64,000 bases of DNA from an uncultured delta proteobacterium. GTDB taxonomy: Bacteria; Myxococcota_A; Polyangia; Polyangiales; JAFGIB01. Every line of letters begins with the position of its first letter. Position 1 is the stretch's first letter. Where the stretch lies: contig CAVZVA010000011.1 in NCBI GenBank assembly GCA_963778655.1, forward strand, positions 448,001 through 512,000, in the 5' to 3' direction. The notes beneath the pieces were generated by a model. The model was not told the DNA's origin. It ran no database searches and was given only the letters and a program-made list of their open reading frames with translations. The position numbers were made by a program, and so were the translations under genes. Shown piece after piece: positions 46,719 to 57,759 of the stretch.

Positions 46719-48155
46719 CTAATGGACGCAGCTCTGGGGTTTGCCCAGGTCGAGCTCCCTTTGAAACAGCGTCTGGGAGGGCAGGCGCTCGAGCAGCGCA
46801 TAGAGCTTGGTCGGGTCCTTGGCATCGACGAAGTGGTAGTCGCGACCACGGTAGCGAAAGTCGAAGGTGACCTGCACCCCGCGCTCGAACGCGCGCTGCA
46901 GCCGATAACGAATCAGCAACGGCGAGTAAAGCGCGGGGTCCAGAATCCCGCCCGACCCAAAGCGCTGGCCGGTCGCGAGCTTCAGGTAGCTGACCTTCGT
47001 CACGTGCAAGAATGGATCGTGCTCGGTCAGCCGCATCGCCCTCGGGAAGATCAAGCTGTTCCAGCGGTCGTCGTCCACCCGCAGGTTGCTCAGCATGGCG
47101 AAGCTGTACTCGAACTTGAGCCCGAGATACGGGCTCATCCCGTTGACCAGCGACGCCACCACGACCAACGCCACGATCAGCCTGCCTGCCGGGCTCGCGG
47201 CCCCGCTCGGCGCACTGGCGGACGACTGCTGCGCCGGCACCGACGTCACCTGCGGCCGACCGCCCCGCAGCGCGCGCACGCGGGCGCGCAAAGCCACTAC
47301 TGACGCCACCATTACCCCCAGGGCGTAGGCATGGAACGCCGAGATGGTAGACACCTGATACGCCCCGTGAAAGGCCAGCGCAGCGAAGGCTACCGCGCAC
47401 ACGACCAGCCCGATCCAGATCAGCACCGGTCCCCGACCCGCGGCCGCGATCGCCGCGCGGTCGCGCTCGTTCAGGAACGCGGTCGCCATCGTCAGCACGA
47501 TCGCCGCGAACGCGGGTGCGCCGATGGATCCGAACTCGAACAGCAGGAGCGCCGTGAGCAACAGTCCCAGTGGCGGCCACAGCATGAGCAGCAGCGGAAG
47601 CGATGCCTCGAGCCCGATCACCCAGGCGGGTCCGAGCCACGCGCTCATCGCAGGTGGCACGCCCCACCAATCGTGCAGCCGGTCCCGAAGCCCGATGCAG
47701 CTCACCTTCGGGTCGAAGAAGTCGCGATTGATCTTGTGCAGCGCAGCGAAGCCGAGCGCGCTCACCGCCCCGATCTGGAACACGCGCGCAATTCCCCAGT
47801 CGACCTCAGCGACGAAGCGCGCGCGGTCCTGCTCATGCATGCAACCCCGGACGAGCGCGGCCAGCACGATCGCGAGCGACGCCGTCGGCAGCCCGAGCCA
47901 CAACGTCCACTCGGCGCTCGGGAAGTAGAACACCGCGTACTGCGCCGACAGCAAGATCAAGAAGCAGAGCGCGAACCAGATCGATGCCGCGACCAGGAGC
48001 ACCAACCGCGTGCCGAACAGCAGCAGGCACAGCGCGATCGCCGCCAGGACATGAAACTCCCACTCGCCGAGCGCGTTCAGCTTGGCCAAGCCCTGCTCGA
48101 GGTACTTCAGCAAGACCCAGATGGACATGCTGAAGCCGAACAGCCTGAACAGCAT
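46719..48155 (-). CDS. HTTM-like polytopic membrane protein
   Basis: Many TM helices, LHKINRDFFDPKVSC, PYLGLK..FAMLSNL. Confidence 0.6.
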   Translation of the reverse strand: MLFRLFGFSMSIWVLLKYLEQGLAKLNALGEWEFHVLAAIALCLLLFGTRLVLLVAASIWFALCFLILLSAQYAVFYFPSAEWTLWLGLPTASLAIVLAALVRGCMHEQDRARFVAEVDWGIARVFQIGAVSALGFAALHKINRDFFDPKVSCIGLRDRLHDWWGVPPAMSAWLGPAWVIGLEASLPLLLMLWPPLGLLLTALLLFEFGSIGAPAFAAIVLTMATAFLNERDRAAIAAAGRGPVLIWIGLVVCAVAFAALAFHGAYQVSTISAFHAYALGVMVASVVALRARVRALRGGRPQVTSVPAQQSSASAPSGAASPAGRLIVALVVVASLVNGMSPYLGLKFEYSFAMLSNLRVDDDRWNSLIFPRAMRLTEHDPFLHVTKVSYLKLATGQRFGSGGILDPALYSPLLIRYRLQRAFERGVQVTFDFRYRGRDYHFVDAKDPTKLYALLERLPSQTLFQRELDLGKPQSCVH

Positions 48156-48275
48156 CTGTGTGCGCAGGCTTCCGAGAGGTTCCCACAAGCACCGCATTTG
48201 TGTGCCGGCGATTCCTGGTCAGCGCCGGCGGTGACCGGCAATCATCCCGTGATTGTACACCACGGCGTGACGCGC

Positions 48276-48324
48276 TAGATGACCGATCACGATTCAAGAA
48301 CGGCCATGCCGATCGGTCATTTAG
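48276..48324. repeat. Right hairpin repeat (inverted relative to the left copy)
   Basis: CTAGATGACCGATCACGATTCAAGAACGGCCATGCCGATCGGTCATTTAG. Confidence 0.85.
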
Positions 48325-48530
48325 CGGCGCGGCGGACGCTGCACCACCGCGAGAAGGTGAAGGCGCGAGGCTTTGCTTCGCGCACAGGGAGTCGGCGCGG
48401 CTCCCTGACAATCAAAGGAGAAATCGGAGTTTGTGATTCGATCCCGAATCGCGAGCTCTGACTTAGATGCTGGAGCCCGCGTTCAAAGGATGGCGTGCGC
48501 TCGATCGCCGAGCCGCCCGCTGTTGAGCGG

Positions 48531-49301
48531 CTACTCGAAGTGGATGCGCACCGTCTGCTTGTCGCCTTCTGCGCCAGTGAACAGTGGCATGTGCGTGCGC
48601 ATCAGATCGCCCGTGGCGCACGCCACCACGCCGCTGAGCTGCGAGGGCAGCGCCTTGATGTCGGCGTCGGGGCGCGCGTCCTTGTGCATCGTGATCAGCA
48701 CCACGATCACGCCCTTGGCTTGCGCGTTGGCGCTGCGCACCTGGGAGTAGCAGCGGTCGGCCACGTTCATCACCTGCGTGACCCAGGGCTGCATGCGGGT
48801 GTCGGCGTCGAGCCAGGCCTGCAGCCCCTTGGGCACGTCCACGTGCACGTGCTCGGTTGCGGGCACCACCACCTTGGCAGCAGCGGGCTTGGCCGGCGGC
48901 GTGGGTGCGGCCGATGGCGCGGGCGTGGTCGGGACGGCGGGCGGGGCGGCCTTTGCGCTCGCGGCCGGAGCCGCGGCCGGTTTGGCGGCGGCGGCGCTGG
49001 GCTTCGGGCTGGCGGCCGCAGCGGCGGCCGGCTTGGCGGCGACGGGTTTGGCAGCGGCGGTCGGTTTCGCAGCCGCGCCGCCGCTCGGCTGCGCGGCAGG
49101 CGCGGGTTGCGCCGCGGGCGCGGACGGCGGCGGGGCGGCGGGCGCGGCGGCCGGCTCGGCCGCGGACGGCGGCGCGGGCGCGGCGGGCGCAACCACGTGC
49201 ACCGCCTCGCTCTGACTGCCTTCGCCTCCGCCGCAACTGGCGGCGCCCACCAGCCCCAACCACAGCCACGTCCATCGCACCCATCGCCTCGATCGCGCCA
49301 T
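48531..49301 (-). CDS. Pro/Ala-rich lipoprotein with small globular (AgmX/TonB-C-like) C-terminal domain
   Basis: Lipobox AASC, long PA/K linker, C-terminal RCY..GVIVV..VVAC. Confidence 0.6.
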   Translation of the reverse strand: MARSRRWVRWTWLWLGLVGAASCGGGEGSQSEAVHVVAPAAPAPPSAAEPAAAPAAPPPSAPAAQPAPAAQPSGGAAAKPTAAAKPVAAKPAAAAAASPKPSAAAAKPAAAPAASAKAAPPAVPTTPAPSAAPTPPAKPAAAKVVVPATEHVHVDVPKGLQAWLDADTRMQPWVTQVMNVADRCYSQVRSANAQAKGVIVVLITMHKDARPDADIKALPSQLSGVVACATGDLMRTHMPLFTGAEGDKQTVRIHFE

Positions 49302-49311
49302 CCCCCTCACC

Positions 49312-50988
<1,677 letters not shown>

Positions 50989-51061
50989 GGCCCGTTGTTG
51001 TCGCATACGCGCACGCTGCGCGCCAACCCCCGGCCGGACACCTCGAGGCCGGCAACTGTGC

Positions 51062-53470
51062 TCAGCGGCGCAGTGACTTGATGTCGGCGTCCAGCGGCGT
51101 GCCTTGCGGCAGCTCGGCGTACTGGTCGACGACCACCTCGCCCGAGGGCAGCTCCTTGAAGGTCGGGTACAGCTCCGGGTAGCCGTGATCGAAGCTCGGT
51201 CCGCGGAAGCCTTCGCGCAAGTGGGGCATCAAGCCGTACAGGCCGAAGATCCTGCGCGCGAGCCGTACGATGCGCTGCTGGAGCGGGGGCAGCTCGCTCG
51301 CGTCCTCGTTCTTGATCTGGTCGCTGGCCTTCTTCTTCTCCGCCGGGTCGTGCGGATAGAAATAGGTGTCGAGCAAGCGCAGCTTCTGCGCATCGAAGGT
51401 CATTTCGTGCAGGCGGAAGGCCGAGAGCCCGTACAACCCGCTCTCGGGCGTCAGCGCGGGCGCGTAGTCCTTGACCGAGGGTGGATCGGCGACCGCTGCG
51501 AGGTAGGCATCCTTGCCGCAGCCGATGACGTGATGCACCAGCATCCACAGATGAAAGTAGGTGGGCACGGGAATCAGCGGCGACAACCCGCGATGCAGGT
51601 AGAGCGGCTCCAGGCGGCAAATCAGGATCAGCGCGAAGCGACCCAGCAGGCGATACTGGGTGCGCCGCTGCCCGCGATCGAAGCGCTGCTCGATCGCGCG
51701 CACCGTCTCCGGTAGCGTGTCGAAGCTCGCGCGCGCCGGATCGCCGAGCAGCGGAACCAGCTCGGTCCAGAAGCGGACGACGTCTTCGGCCGCGATCGCC
51801 GAATCGAAGCGCGCCAGCTCGAGCGCGTCGACCGACTGCGCCATCGCGCGCTTCATCAGCGGCGCCAGACGCGAGCGCCGGCGCCAGAAGATGGAGTCGA
51901 AGCTCCACAGCTCAGGCTCGCCAAGCACGTCATCGTGGAAGTGCGGATCGTGCTCCTCGGGCGGAACGTGCGGCCCAATGTACGTGCGCTTCCACCAGTC
52001 GCCGGTCTCGCGGTGCTGCTTGAGGCTGACCGGCTCGAGCATCACGGTCGTGATGCGCACCGCGAGAAAGGGCTCGCTGCGGCCGCCGAGCTCGCTGGCG
52101 TCGATCAGCTTCTGGGGCGCCGTGCGCACGATCGACTGAGCGAACATCACGCTCGGGCTGCGCATGCCGAACCCGCTGGGATCCCAGGCCGGGATGATGG
52201 TCGACAGCAAGCTCGTGTAGTTCATCCCGAACGTGTCGTAGATGATGGCCTGCTCGCCGCGCGGGTGATGCGGCGCCACAAAGCGCGGCGCGGACTTCTC
52301 GTTCGACGGCGCGAAGGCGAACTTCAGCTCGTGCCAGTGCTGCTTGTCCCAGGTCACCTCGACCAGCAGCGTGATCTTCACCGCCGGCGTGGTGTTGGGC
52401 GGGAATACCCCGTAGGGGTGGACCCAGCGAAGCGGATGCAGCCAGCGAATCAGGTTGAGCGGCCCCTGCACCACGCGCGGCAGCTGGTACCAGAAGGCCC
52501 ACAGGTGCCAGCCCTGTGCGAGCCAGCTGTTGAACGGGAAGGTGATCAGCGCCGCGCAGGTGTGCACCACGACGAAGGCGTTGCGCCACACCGGCTCACC
52601 GGCGTCGAACATCGACAGCAGGTGCAACGTGCGCGGCGTGTCCTGATCGAGCAGCGGGATGCTCGCCACCATCGTCAGGATGCTGAAGTAGCCGAAATTG
52701 CCGGTGGCCTGGATGCCGGCCATCAGCATGATCGTGCACACGGCGGCGATCGCGCTCAGCGGCCCGGGTACGAAGGCGAAGAAGGGGATCGGCACCTCGA
52801 CCAGGAACATGTAGACGACGAGCAGCTTGAGCAGCCCCGCCGGAAGCTTCTGCGCGTACCAGCCGCCGGGAGACAGCAAGGGCTGGTTGAGCAAGAAGCC
52901 GCTCAAATAGTTGAGGTCTTCCTTGCGCGAGCCCATGAACTTCTGCTTGCCGAACCCGAACATCACCCGGAAGAACAGCAGTCGAAAGGCCCAGGTCACG
53001 GCAGGCGCGGGCGCGCTCACCGCCAGCAGGCTCGGCAACGAGCGGGTTGCCGGAAGCAGCAACGAGACCACCATCGTCTCGAACAGCAGCGTGTCCCACG
53101 GCAGCACCAGCGACATCGCCAGATCGAGCGACAGGTAGCAGAGGTAGCAGACGAGCAACGCCCACACGATGTGCGGGCCGCCATAGATGATCGAAGCCGC
53201 GGCCAGCATGCCGGCGATGGGCAGCGCCTGCAGGAACCAATCCTTCGAGCACACCCACAGCAGGGTCGGGAAGTAGAGGTAGCGCCGCCAGGTGGGGAAG
53301 TCCTGGCGCAGCTTCGCCAGCCGCATCGCGACCGGCAGGATGCTCTGCGAGCCCACCCCCGCCACCACCTGCAGCGAGAGCGAGGTGAAAGAGATCAGCA
53401 GGACCAAACCGATCCCGCGCGAAAACAGACCCCAGACGAGCAGCGGATCGATGGACCAGGGAGTGCTCAC
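51062..53470 (-). CDS. Lipase maturation factor (LMF1)-family membrane protein with long C-terminal extension
   Basis: FPTLLW, PWDTLLFE, FRLLFFRVMFGFG.K, QPL, IQATGNFGYF, HPYGVF, APHHPR. Confidence 0.8.
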   Translation of the reverse strand: MSTPWSIDPLLVWGLFSRGIGLVLLISFTSLSLQVVAGVGSQSILPVAMRLAKLRQDFPTWRRYLYFPTLLWVCSKDWFLQALPIAGMLAAASIIYGGPHIVWALLVCYLCYLSLDLAMSLVLPWDTLLFETMVVSLLLPATRSLPSLLAVSAPAPAVTWAFRLLFFRVMFGFGKQKFMGSRKEDLNYLSGFLLNQPLLSPGGWYAQKLPAGLLKLLVVYMFLVEVPIPFFAFVPGPLSAIAAVCTIMLMAGIQATGNFGYFSILTMVASIPLLDQDTPRTLHLLSMFDAGEPVWRNAFVVVHTCAALITFPFNSWLAQGWHLWAFWYQLPRVVQGPLNLIRWLHPLRWVHPYGVFPPNTTPAVKITLLVEVTWDKQHWHELKFAFAPSNEKSAPRFVAPHHPRGEQAIIYDTFGMNYTSLLSTIIPAWDPSGFGMRSPSVMFAQSIVRTAPQKLIDASELGGRSEPFLAVRITTVMLEPVSLKQHRETGDWWKRTYIGPHVPPEEHDPHFHDDVLGEPELWSFDSIFWRRRSRLAPLMKRAMAQSVDALELARFDSAIAAEDVVRFWTELVPLLGDPARASFDTLPETVRAIEQRFDRGQRRTQYRLLGRFALILICRLEPLYLHRGLSPLIPVPTYFHLWMLVHHVIGCGKDAYLAAVADPPSVKDYAPALTPESGLYGLSAFRLHEMTFDAQKLRLLDTYFYPHDPAEKKKASDQIKNEDASELPPLQQRIVRLARRIFGLYGLMPHLREGFRGPSFDHGYPELYPTFKELPSGEVVVDQYAELPQGTPLDADIKSLRR

Positions 53471-53808
53471 CGGCCGCTACCCTACGATGCCTCGGTCACG
53501 GGTTGAAAGGGCCGTCTCGCGCCTGGATTGATCCGGCGCCCCAGCGGCCGCCTCGGGGCTCGCCTGGGTGCGTCGATGCGTGCTCACGCTCGAGCGCAGC
53601 TCGGTCTAGGTCGACGGCTCGCGTCCGGCCGCGCGGCCGCTCTCGCCGGCCAGCCGTGTCGACGCGATGATCGGCCGATGCCGTTCGGGCGCATGCAGGG
53701 CGCCTCCGGGACCCGGCGACCGTGAGCTCCTGGACAAGCCCCTGTGAATCGCGTAGGTCAGGGCGCGCGCGCCCGGGCACCGGGCCTGGCGCTGGAGGGA
53801 CGTCGCCG

Positions 53809-54648
53809 ATGCCCCGCTGGTCTCTTTGGGCGGTCACCTGCGCCGCATGCGTGTTGGGCGCTACGTCTTGGGCTGCGGCCCAAGGGACGAGGGCTCATGC
53901 CGCCCCATCGGAAGAGGCGGACTCGAGCTACGAGGCCCTGATCCGCGAGGCGCTCACCGAGTTCAACGCGCGCAACTATGCGGAAGCTCTGGCGCTGTTC
54001 GAACGCGCACACGCGGTCAAACCGAGCGCACGCACCTTGCGTGGCCTCGGGATCACGGCCTTCGAGCTCAAACGCTACGTCCAGGCGCTCCACGACCTCG
54101 GCGCGGCACTGGTCGATCCGCGCTTGCCCCTGACCGAGACGCAAGCCAAGGGTGTACGCGCGCTGATCGTGAAGGCGCGCCGTTTCGTCGGCAGAATCAA
54201 GCTTGAGGTCGTCCCGGAAGAGGCCGGCGTTCTGGTCGATGGCCAGCCGTCCTCGGACCGCGACCTCGTGCTGGATTTGGGCGAGCATCAGGTGTCGGTG
54301 CGCGCACCGGGCTATCACGAGGAACAGCTCAAGCTCATCATCGAGGGCGGCGAGAACACCACCCGACGCGTGGAGCTGATGCCGCTCGAGGTCAGCCCGC
54401 AGAATGCCGCCGCGAGCGTGCCGCCGGACGATCATGGCGCAGTCGCGCAGCGCGCTGGCTCGCAGAAAACGGGAGGGACCCCGCTCTTCGGCAAGTGGTG
54501 GTTCTGGACGGCCGCCGGGGTGGTCGTAGCGGGGGCGGCGGTTGGCCTGGCGCTCGCCGTTTCGGGCCCGAGCACGACCAGGGTCGAGCCGCTCACGACC
54601 GCGAACACGCCGCCGGGCGCGCAGCTACAAGCCTCGATGGTGCGATGA
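53809..54648 (+). CDS. TPR + PEGA domain protein
   Basis: YAEALALFERA TPR, VLVDG..GEHQVSVRAPGY, C-terminal KWWFW TM segment. Confidence 0.82.
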   Translation: MPRWSLWAVTCAACVLGATSWAAAQGTRAHAAPSEEADSSYEALIREALTEFNARNYAEALALFERAHAVKPSARTLRGLGITAFELKRYVQALHDLGAALVDPRLPLTETQAKGVRALIVKARRFVGRIKLEVVPEEAGVLVDGQPSSDRDLVLDLGEHQVSVRAPGYHEEQLKLIIEGGENTTRRVELMPLEVSPQNAAASVPPDDHGAVAQRAGSQKTGGTPLFGKWWFWTAAGVVVAGAAVGLALAVSGPSTTRVEPLTTANTPPGAQLQASMVR

Positions 54649-57179
54649 TGGGCGCTCGCATTCGCGTTTTCGGGGCACTCGGTCTGCTTCTGATCGCCGG
54701 CTGCAGCAAAGTCGAGACGGTCACCGCGCCGACCGAGATCCTACTGCGCATCAACAACACCGACGACCAGCTCCGCGCCAGTATGACCGCTTTGCGGGTC
54801 ACGCTTTCCGTGCAGCAGGGCGGGACGTGGCAGGCCCGCCCGCCGCTCGCGCTCCCGAGCAAGAACCTCAAGTGGCCGGTGGATATCCCGATCACGCCGA
54901 GCCCGGGGGCCAAGCTCGACCGACAGCTCGAGGTGGTGGTCGACGCGCTGGCGGGCGAGAAGGTGCTGGCACAGACGCGGGCGACCGTGGTGTTCGTAGA
55001 GAACGAGCACCGCTTGCTCGAAGTCTACCTGTACGTGTGCCCGGGCCACACGCCGGACGAAGGCCCAGTGTGCGCACCCGACGGCTGCACCGGGGACGCG
55101 TGCAAAGTGTGCAGCCCGACAGGGACGTGCGAGGCGGTCTTGCTGAGCCCGACGACGAAGCTCACGCCCGCCGATGCGAGCAGGAAGCCGCAAAACAAGC
55201 CGCCGCCGGGCACGGACGGGTACGACGGGGGCGGCGACAGCGGTGCGAGCAACCGCCCCGATGCCGGGCCCGGCGGCATGGATGCGGGGGGAGCAGGCGG
55301 CAGCGGTGCGGCTGGCTCGTCCGGGGGCGCCGACGCAGGCCCGCTGGACGCCATGCCAGGGATGGACGGCTCGATCGATCTCCCGGACGCCGACGCCGGG
55401 TCGGACGCAGCGATGAGCCTCGATCCTTGCCTCAGCAACCACGGCGGTTGTGACCCCTTGGTGATGTGCACGTCGAACGGGACGAGCGTCAGCTGTGACC
55501 CCTGTCCGGCCGGCTACGACGACACCAACGGCGACGGCACACTGTGCACCGACATCGACGAGTGCGCCCTGCAGACCTTCGACTGCAAGACCAACTCCAC
55601 CTGCATGAACACCGCGGGCAGCTATGACTGTCCATGCGATGTCGGGTTCCACGGGGACGGCCATCAACAATGCCTCCCGAACGTGCTGTGCGACGCCACG
55701 GGCAGCAACTGCGCAGCCCTGGCCAGCTGCATGGACGTTTCCGGTACCCAATACTGCGTGTGCGGCTCGGGATACGAAGGCGACGGCGCGAGCTGCACCG
55801 ACATCGACGAGTGCGCGTCGAACAACGGTGGCTGCGGCAGCGCGACTTACTACTCCTGCACCAACAACACGGGCGCTCCCCCGACCTGTGCCGACATCAA
55901 GGAGTGCGCCACCAACAACGGCGGCTGCGGCAATCCCAGCTACATCACCTGCGGCGAGAACGTCGGCGCCGCCCCAACCTGCTCCGACATCAAGGAGTGC
56001 GCCACCAACAACGGCGGCTGCGGCAATCCCAGCTACATCACCTGCGGCGAGAACGTCGGCGCTCCCCCAACCTGCTCCGACATCAAGGAGTGCGCCACCA
56101 ACAACGGCGGCTGCGGCAATCCCAGCTACATCACCTGCGGCGAGAACGTCGGCGCTCCCCCAACCTGCTCCGACATCAAGGAGTGCGCCACCAACAACGG
56201 CGGCTGCGGCAATCCCAGCTACATCACCTGCGGCGAGAACGTCGGCGCCCCCCCAACCTGCTCCGACATCAAGGAGTGCGCCACCAACAACGGCGGCTGC
56301 GGCAATCCCAGCTACATCACCTGCGGCGAGAACGTCGGCGCCCCCCCAACCTGCTCCGACATCAAGGAGTGCGCCACCAACAACGGCGGCTGCGGCAATC
56401 CCAGCTACATCACCTGCGGCGAGAACGTCGGCGCCCCCCCAACCTGCTCCGACATCAAGGAGTGCGCCACCAACAACGGCGGCTGCGGAAACCCGGCCTA
56501 CGTCACCTGTGGCGAGAACGTCGGCGCCGCGCCAACCTGCTCCGACATCAACGAGTGTCTGACCAACAACGGCGGCTGCGGCAATGCGGCCAACTTCTCG
56601 TGCGTGAACAACTACGGAGCGGCGCCGACCTGCGGCGACGTCAACGAGTGCAACGCTTCGAACATCTGCACCTCGTACTACCCGTGCCAAAACTTGGCGC
56701 CGTACTACGAATGCCAAGGCCAGTTCCCGGACTGGAAACCGACGGATTCGCCCTCGTCATTCACCGTCCACGGCTCGGGGTCCTCGGCCACGGTCACCGA
56801 CTCGAATACCGGCCTCGAGTGGCAGTACAGCCCGCCCAGCGTGTATTCGGGCTGCACAGGCTCTTCCGGCGGCTCGTGCACGTGGGCCGAAGCCAAGCTG
56901 TATTGCAGCGGCCTCTCGCTCTCCGGTGGAGGCTGGCGGCTGCCCACCCAAGCCGAGCTCGAGTCGATCGTGGACTACACCAAGCTGCCCGCCGGGGGCT
57001 CGGTGGCGATCAGCACCACGGCCTTTGCGCCGCTCATGGGCGACCGCTTCTGGTCGTCGTCGCAGTTCGCCTCCAGCTCGTCTTCGGACCCGGCCGTGTG
57101 GATCGTCAAATTCAGCACCGGCGCCTCGATGGGCCAATCCGGGATCGGCAACACCGCCTATGTCCGCTGCGTGCGCTGA
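54645..57179 (+). CDS. Lipoprotein with EGF-like repeats and C-terminal DUF1566 (Lcl) domain
   Basis: Lipobox IAGC, DAG-rich linker, DIDEC EGF_CA repeats, TDSNTGLEWQ..WRLPT..EL.S..FWSSS..VRCVR. Confidence 0.88.
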   Translation: MMGARIRVFGALGLLLIAGCSKVETVTAPTEILLRINNTDDQLRASMTALRVTLSVQQGGTWQARPPLALPSKNLKWPVDIPITPSPGAKLDRQLEVVVDALAGEKVLAQTRATVVFVENEHRLLEVYLYVCPGHTPDEGPVCAPDGCTGDACKVCSPTGTCEAVLLSPTTKLTPADASRKPQNKPPPGTDGYDGGGDSGASNRPDAGPGGMDAGGAGGSGAAGSSGGADAGPLDAMPGMDGSIDLPDADAGSDAAMSLDPCLSNHGGCDPLVMCTSNGTSVSCDPCPAGYDDTNGDGTLCTDIDECALQTFDCKTNSTCMNTAGSYDCPCDVGFHGDGHQQCLPNVLCDATGSNCAALASCMDVSGTQYCVCGSGYEGDGASCTDIDECASNNGGCGSATYYSCTNNTGAPPTCADIKECATNNGGCGNPSYITCGENVGAAPTCSDIKECATNNGGCGNPSYITCGENVGAPPTCSDIKECATNNGGCGNPSYITCGENVGAPPTCSDIKECATNNGGCGNPSYITCGENVGAPPTCSDIKECATNNGGCGNPSYITCGENVGAPPTCSDIKECATNNGGCGNPSYITCGENVGAPPTCSDIKECATNNGGCGNPAYVTCGENVGAAPTCSDINECLTNNGGCGNAANFSCVNNYGAAPTCGDVNECNASNICTSYYPCQNLAPYYECQGQFPDWKPTDSPSSFTVHGSGSSATVTDSNTGLEWQYSPPSVYSGCTGSSGGSCTWAEAKLYCSGLSLSGGGWRLPTQAELESIVDYTKLPAGGSVAISTTAFAPLMGDRFWSSSQFASSSSSDPAVWIVKFSTGASMGQSGIGNTAYVRCVR
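55798..56660 (+). repeat. Intragenic 93-bp (31-aa) tandem repeat, about 9 copies
   Basis: CCGACATCAAGGAG recurs at 55891, 55984, 56077, 56170, 56263, 56356 and 56449, with diverged flanking copies. Confidence 0.95.
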
Positions 57180-57225
57180 GAGCAGGAGAATCGTCCAGCA
57201 GGAGCCTCATTCGAGGAGAGCCCCC

Positions 57226-57651
57226 ATGAAGCATGCCGTCCCAATCGTCTTGCTGCTGAGCTTGGTGATGGCTGCGCTCCGCGCCGCTGCGGATGCGCCG
57301 CCGGGCCGTTACACGATCTCGAGCGGCACCGTGTATGACACGCGCACCGCGCTCACTTGGCAGCAGACGCCTGCCAGCACCAGCTACACCCAAGCCCAGG
57401 CCATTAGCCATTGCTCGGGTCTCGGTGGGGGTTGGCGCATTCCCAAGGTGTCCGAGCTGCTTTCGATCGTCGATCGCCTGAAGGCCGCGGCCCCAGCGAT
57501 CGACCTGACTGCGTTCCCCGGCACCGGGTCGGAGATCTTCTGGGCCTCCACCCCCACCGTGAGCGGCTACGCCTGGGCCGTGGACTTCACCGACGGCCGC
57601 TCGATCAGCCAGGACGTCACCTTCACGTTCCGGGTGCGCTGCGTGCGTTGA
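57226..57651 (+). CDS. Secreted stand-alone DUF1566 protein
   Basis: Signal peptide, YDTRTALTWQ, WRIPKVSELLS, FWAST, VRCVR. Confidence 0.88.
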   Translation: MKHAVPIVLLLSLVMAALRAAADAPPGRYTISSGTVYDTRTALTWQQTPASTSYTQAQAISHCSGLGGGWRIPKVSELLSIVDRLKAAAPAIDLTAFPGTGSEIFWASTPTVSGYAWAVDFTDGRSISQDVTFTFRVRCVR

Positions 57652-57759
57652 CGCAGAGCAGAGCGCGCCCGCAATCGAGGCCAAGACGGCGACCCCCGCG
57701 TGCGATTGCACGTGGGGGTCGGTTCGCGTCCGCGCAAAGCCAAGACCGAGCTCTCGGCG

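Noticed and set aside
46640..48324. Autonomous IS element or integron cassette
   Set aside because: The enclosed ORF is a membrane protein rather than a transposase; no integrase, no GTTRRRY attC core and no clear target-site duplication.
55891..56540. CRISPR or non-coding repeat
   Set aside because: The in-frame 93-bp period encodes a Cys-patterned protein repeat.
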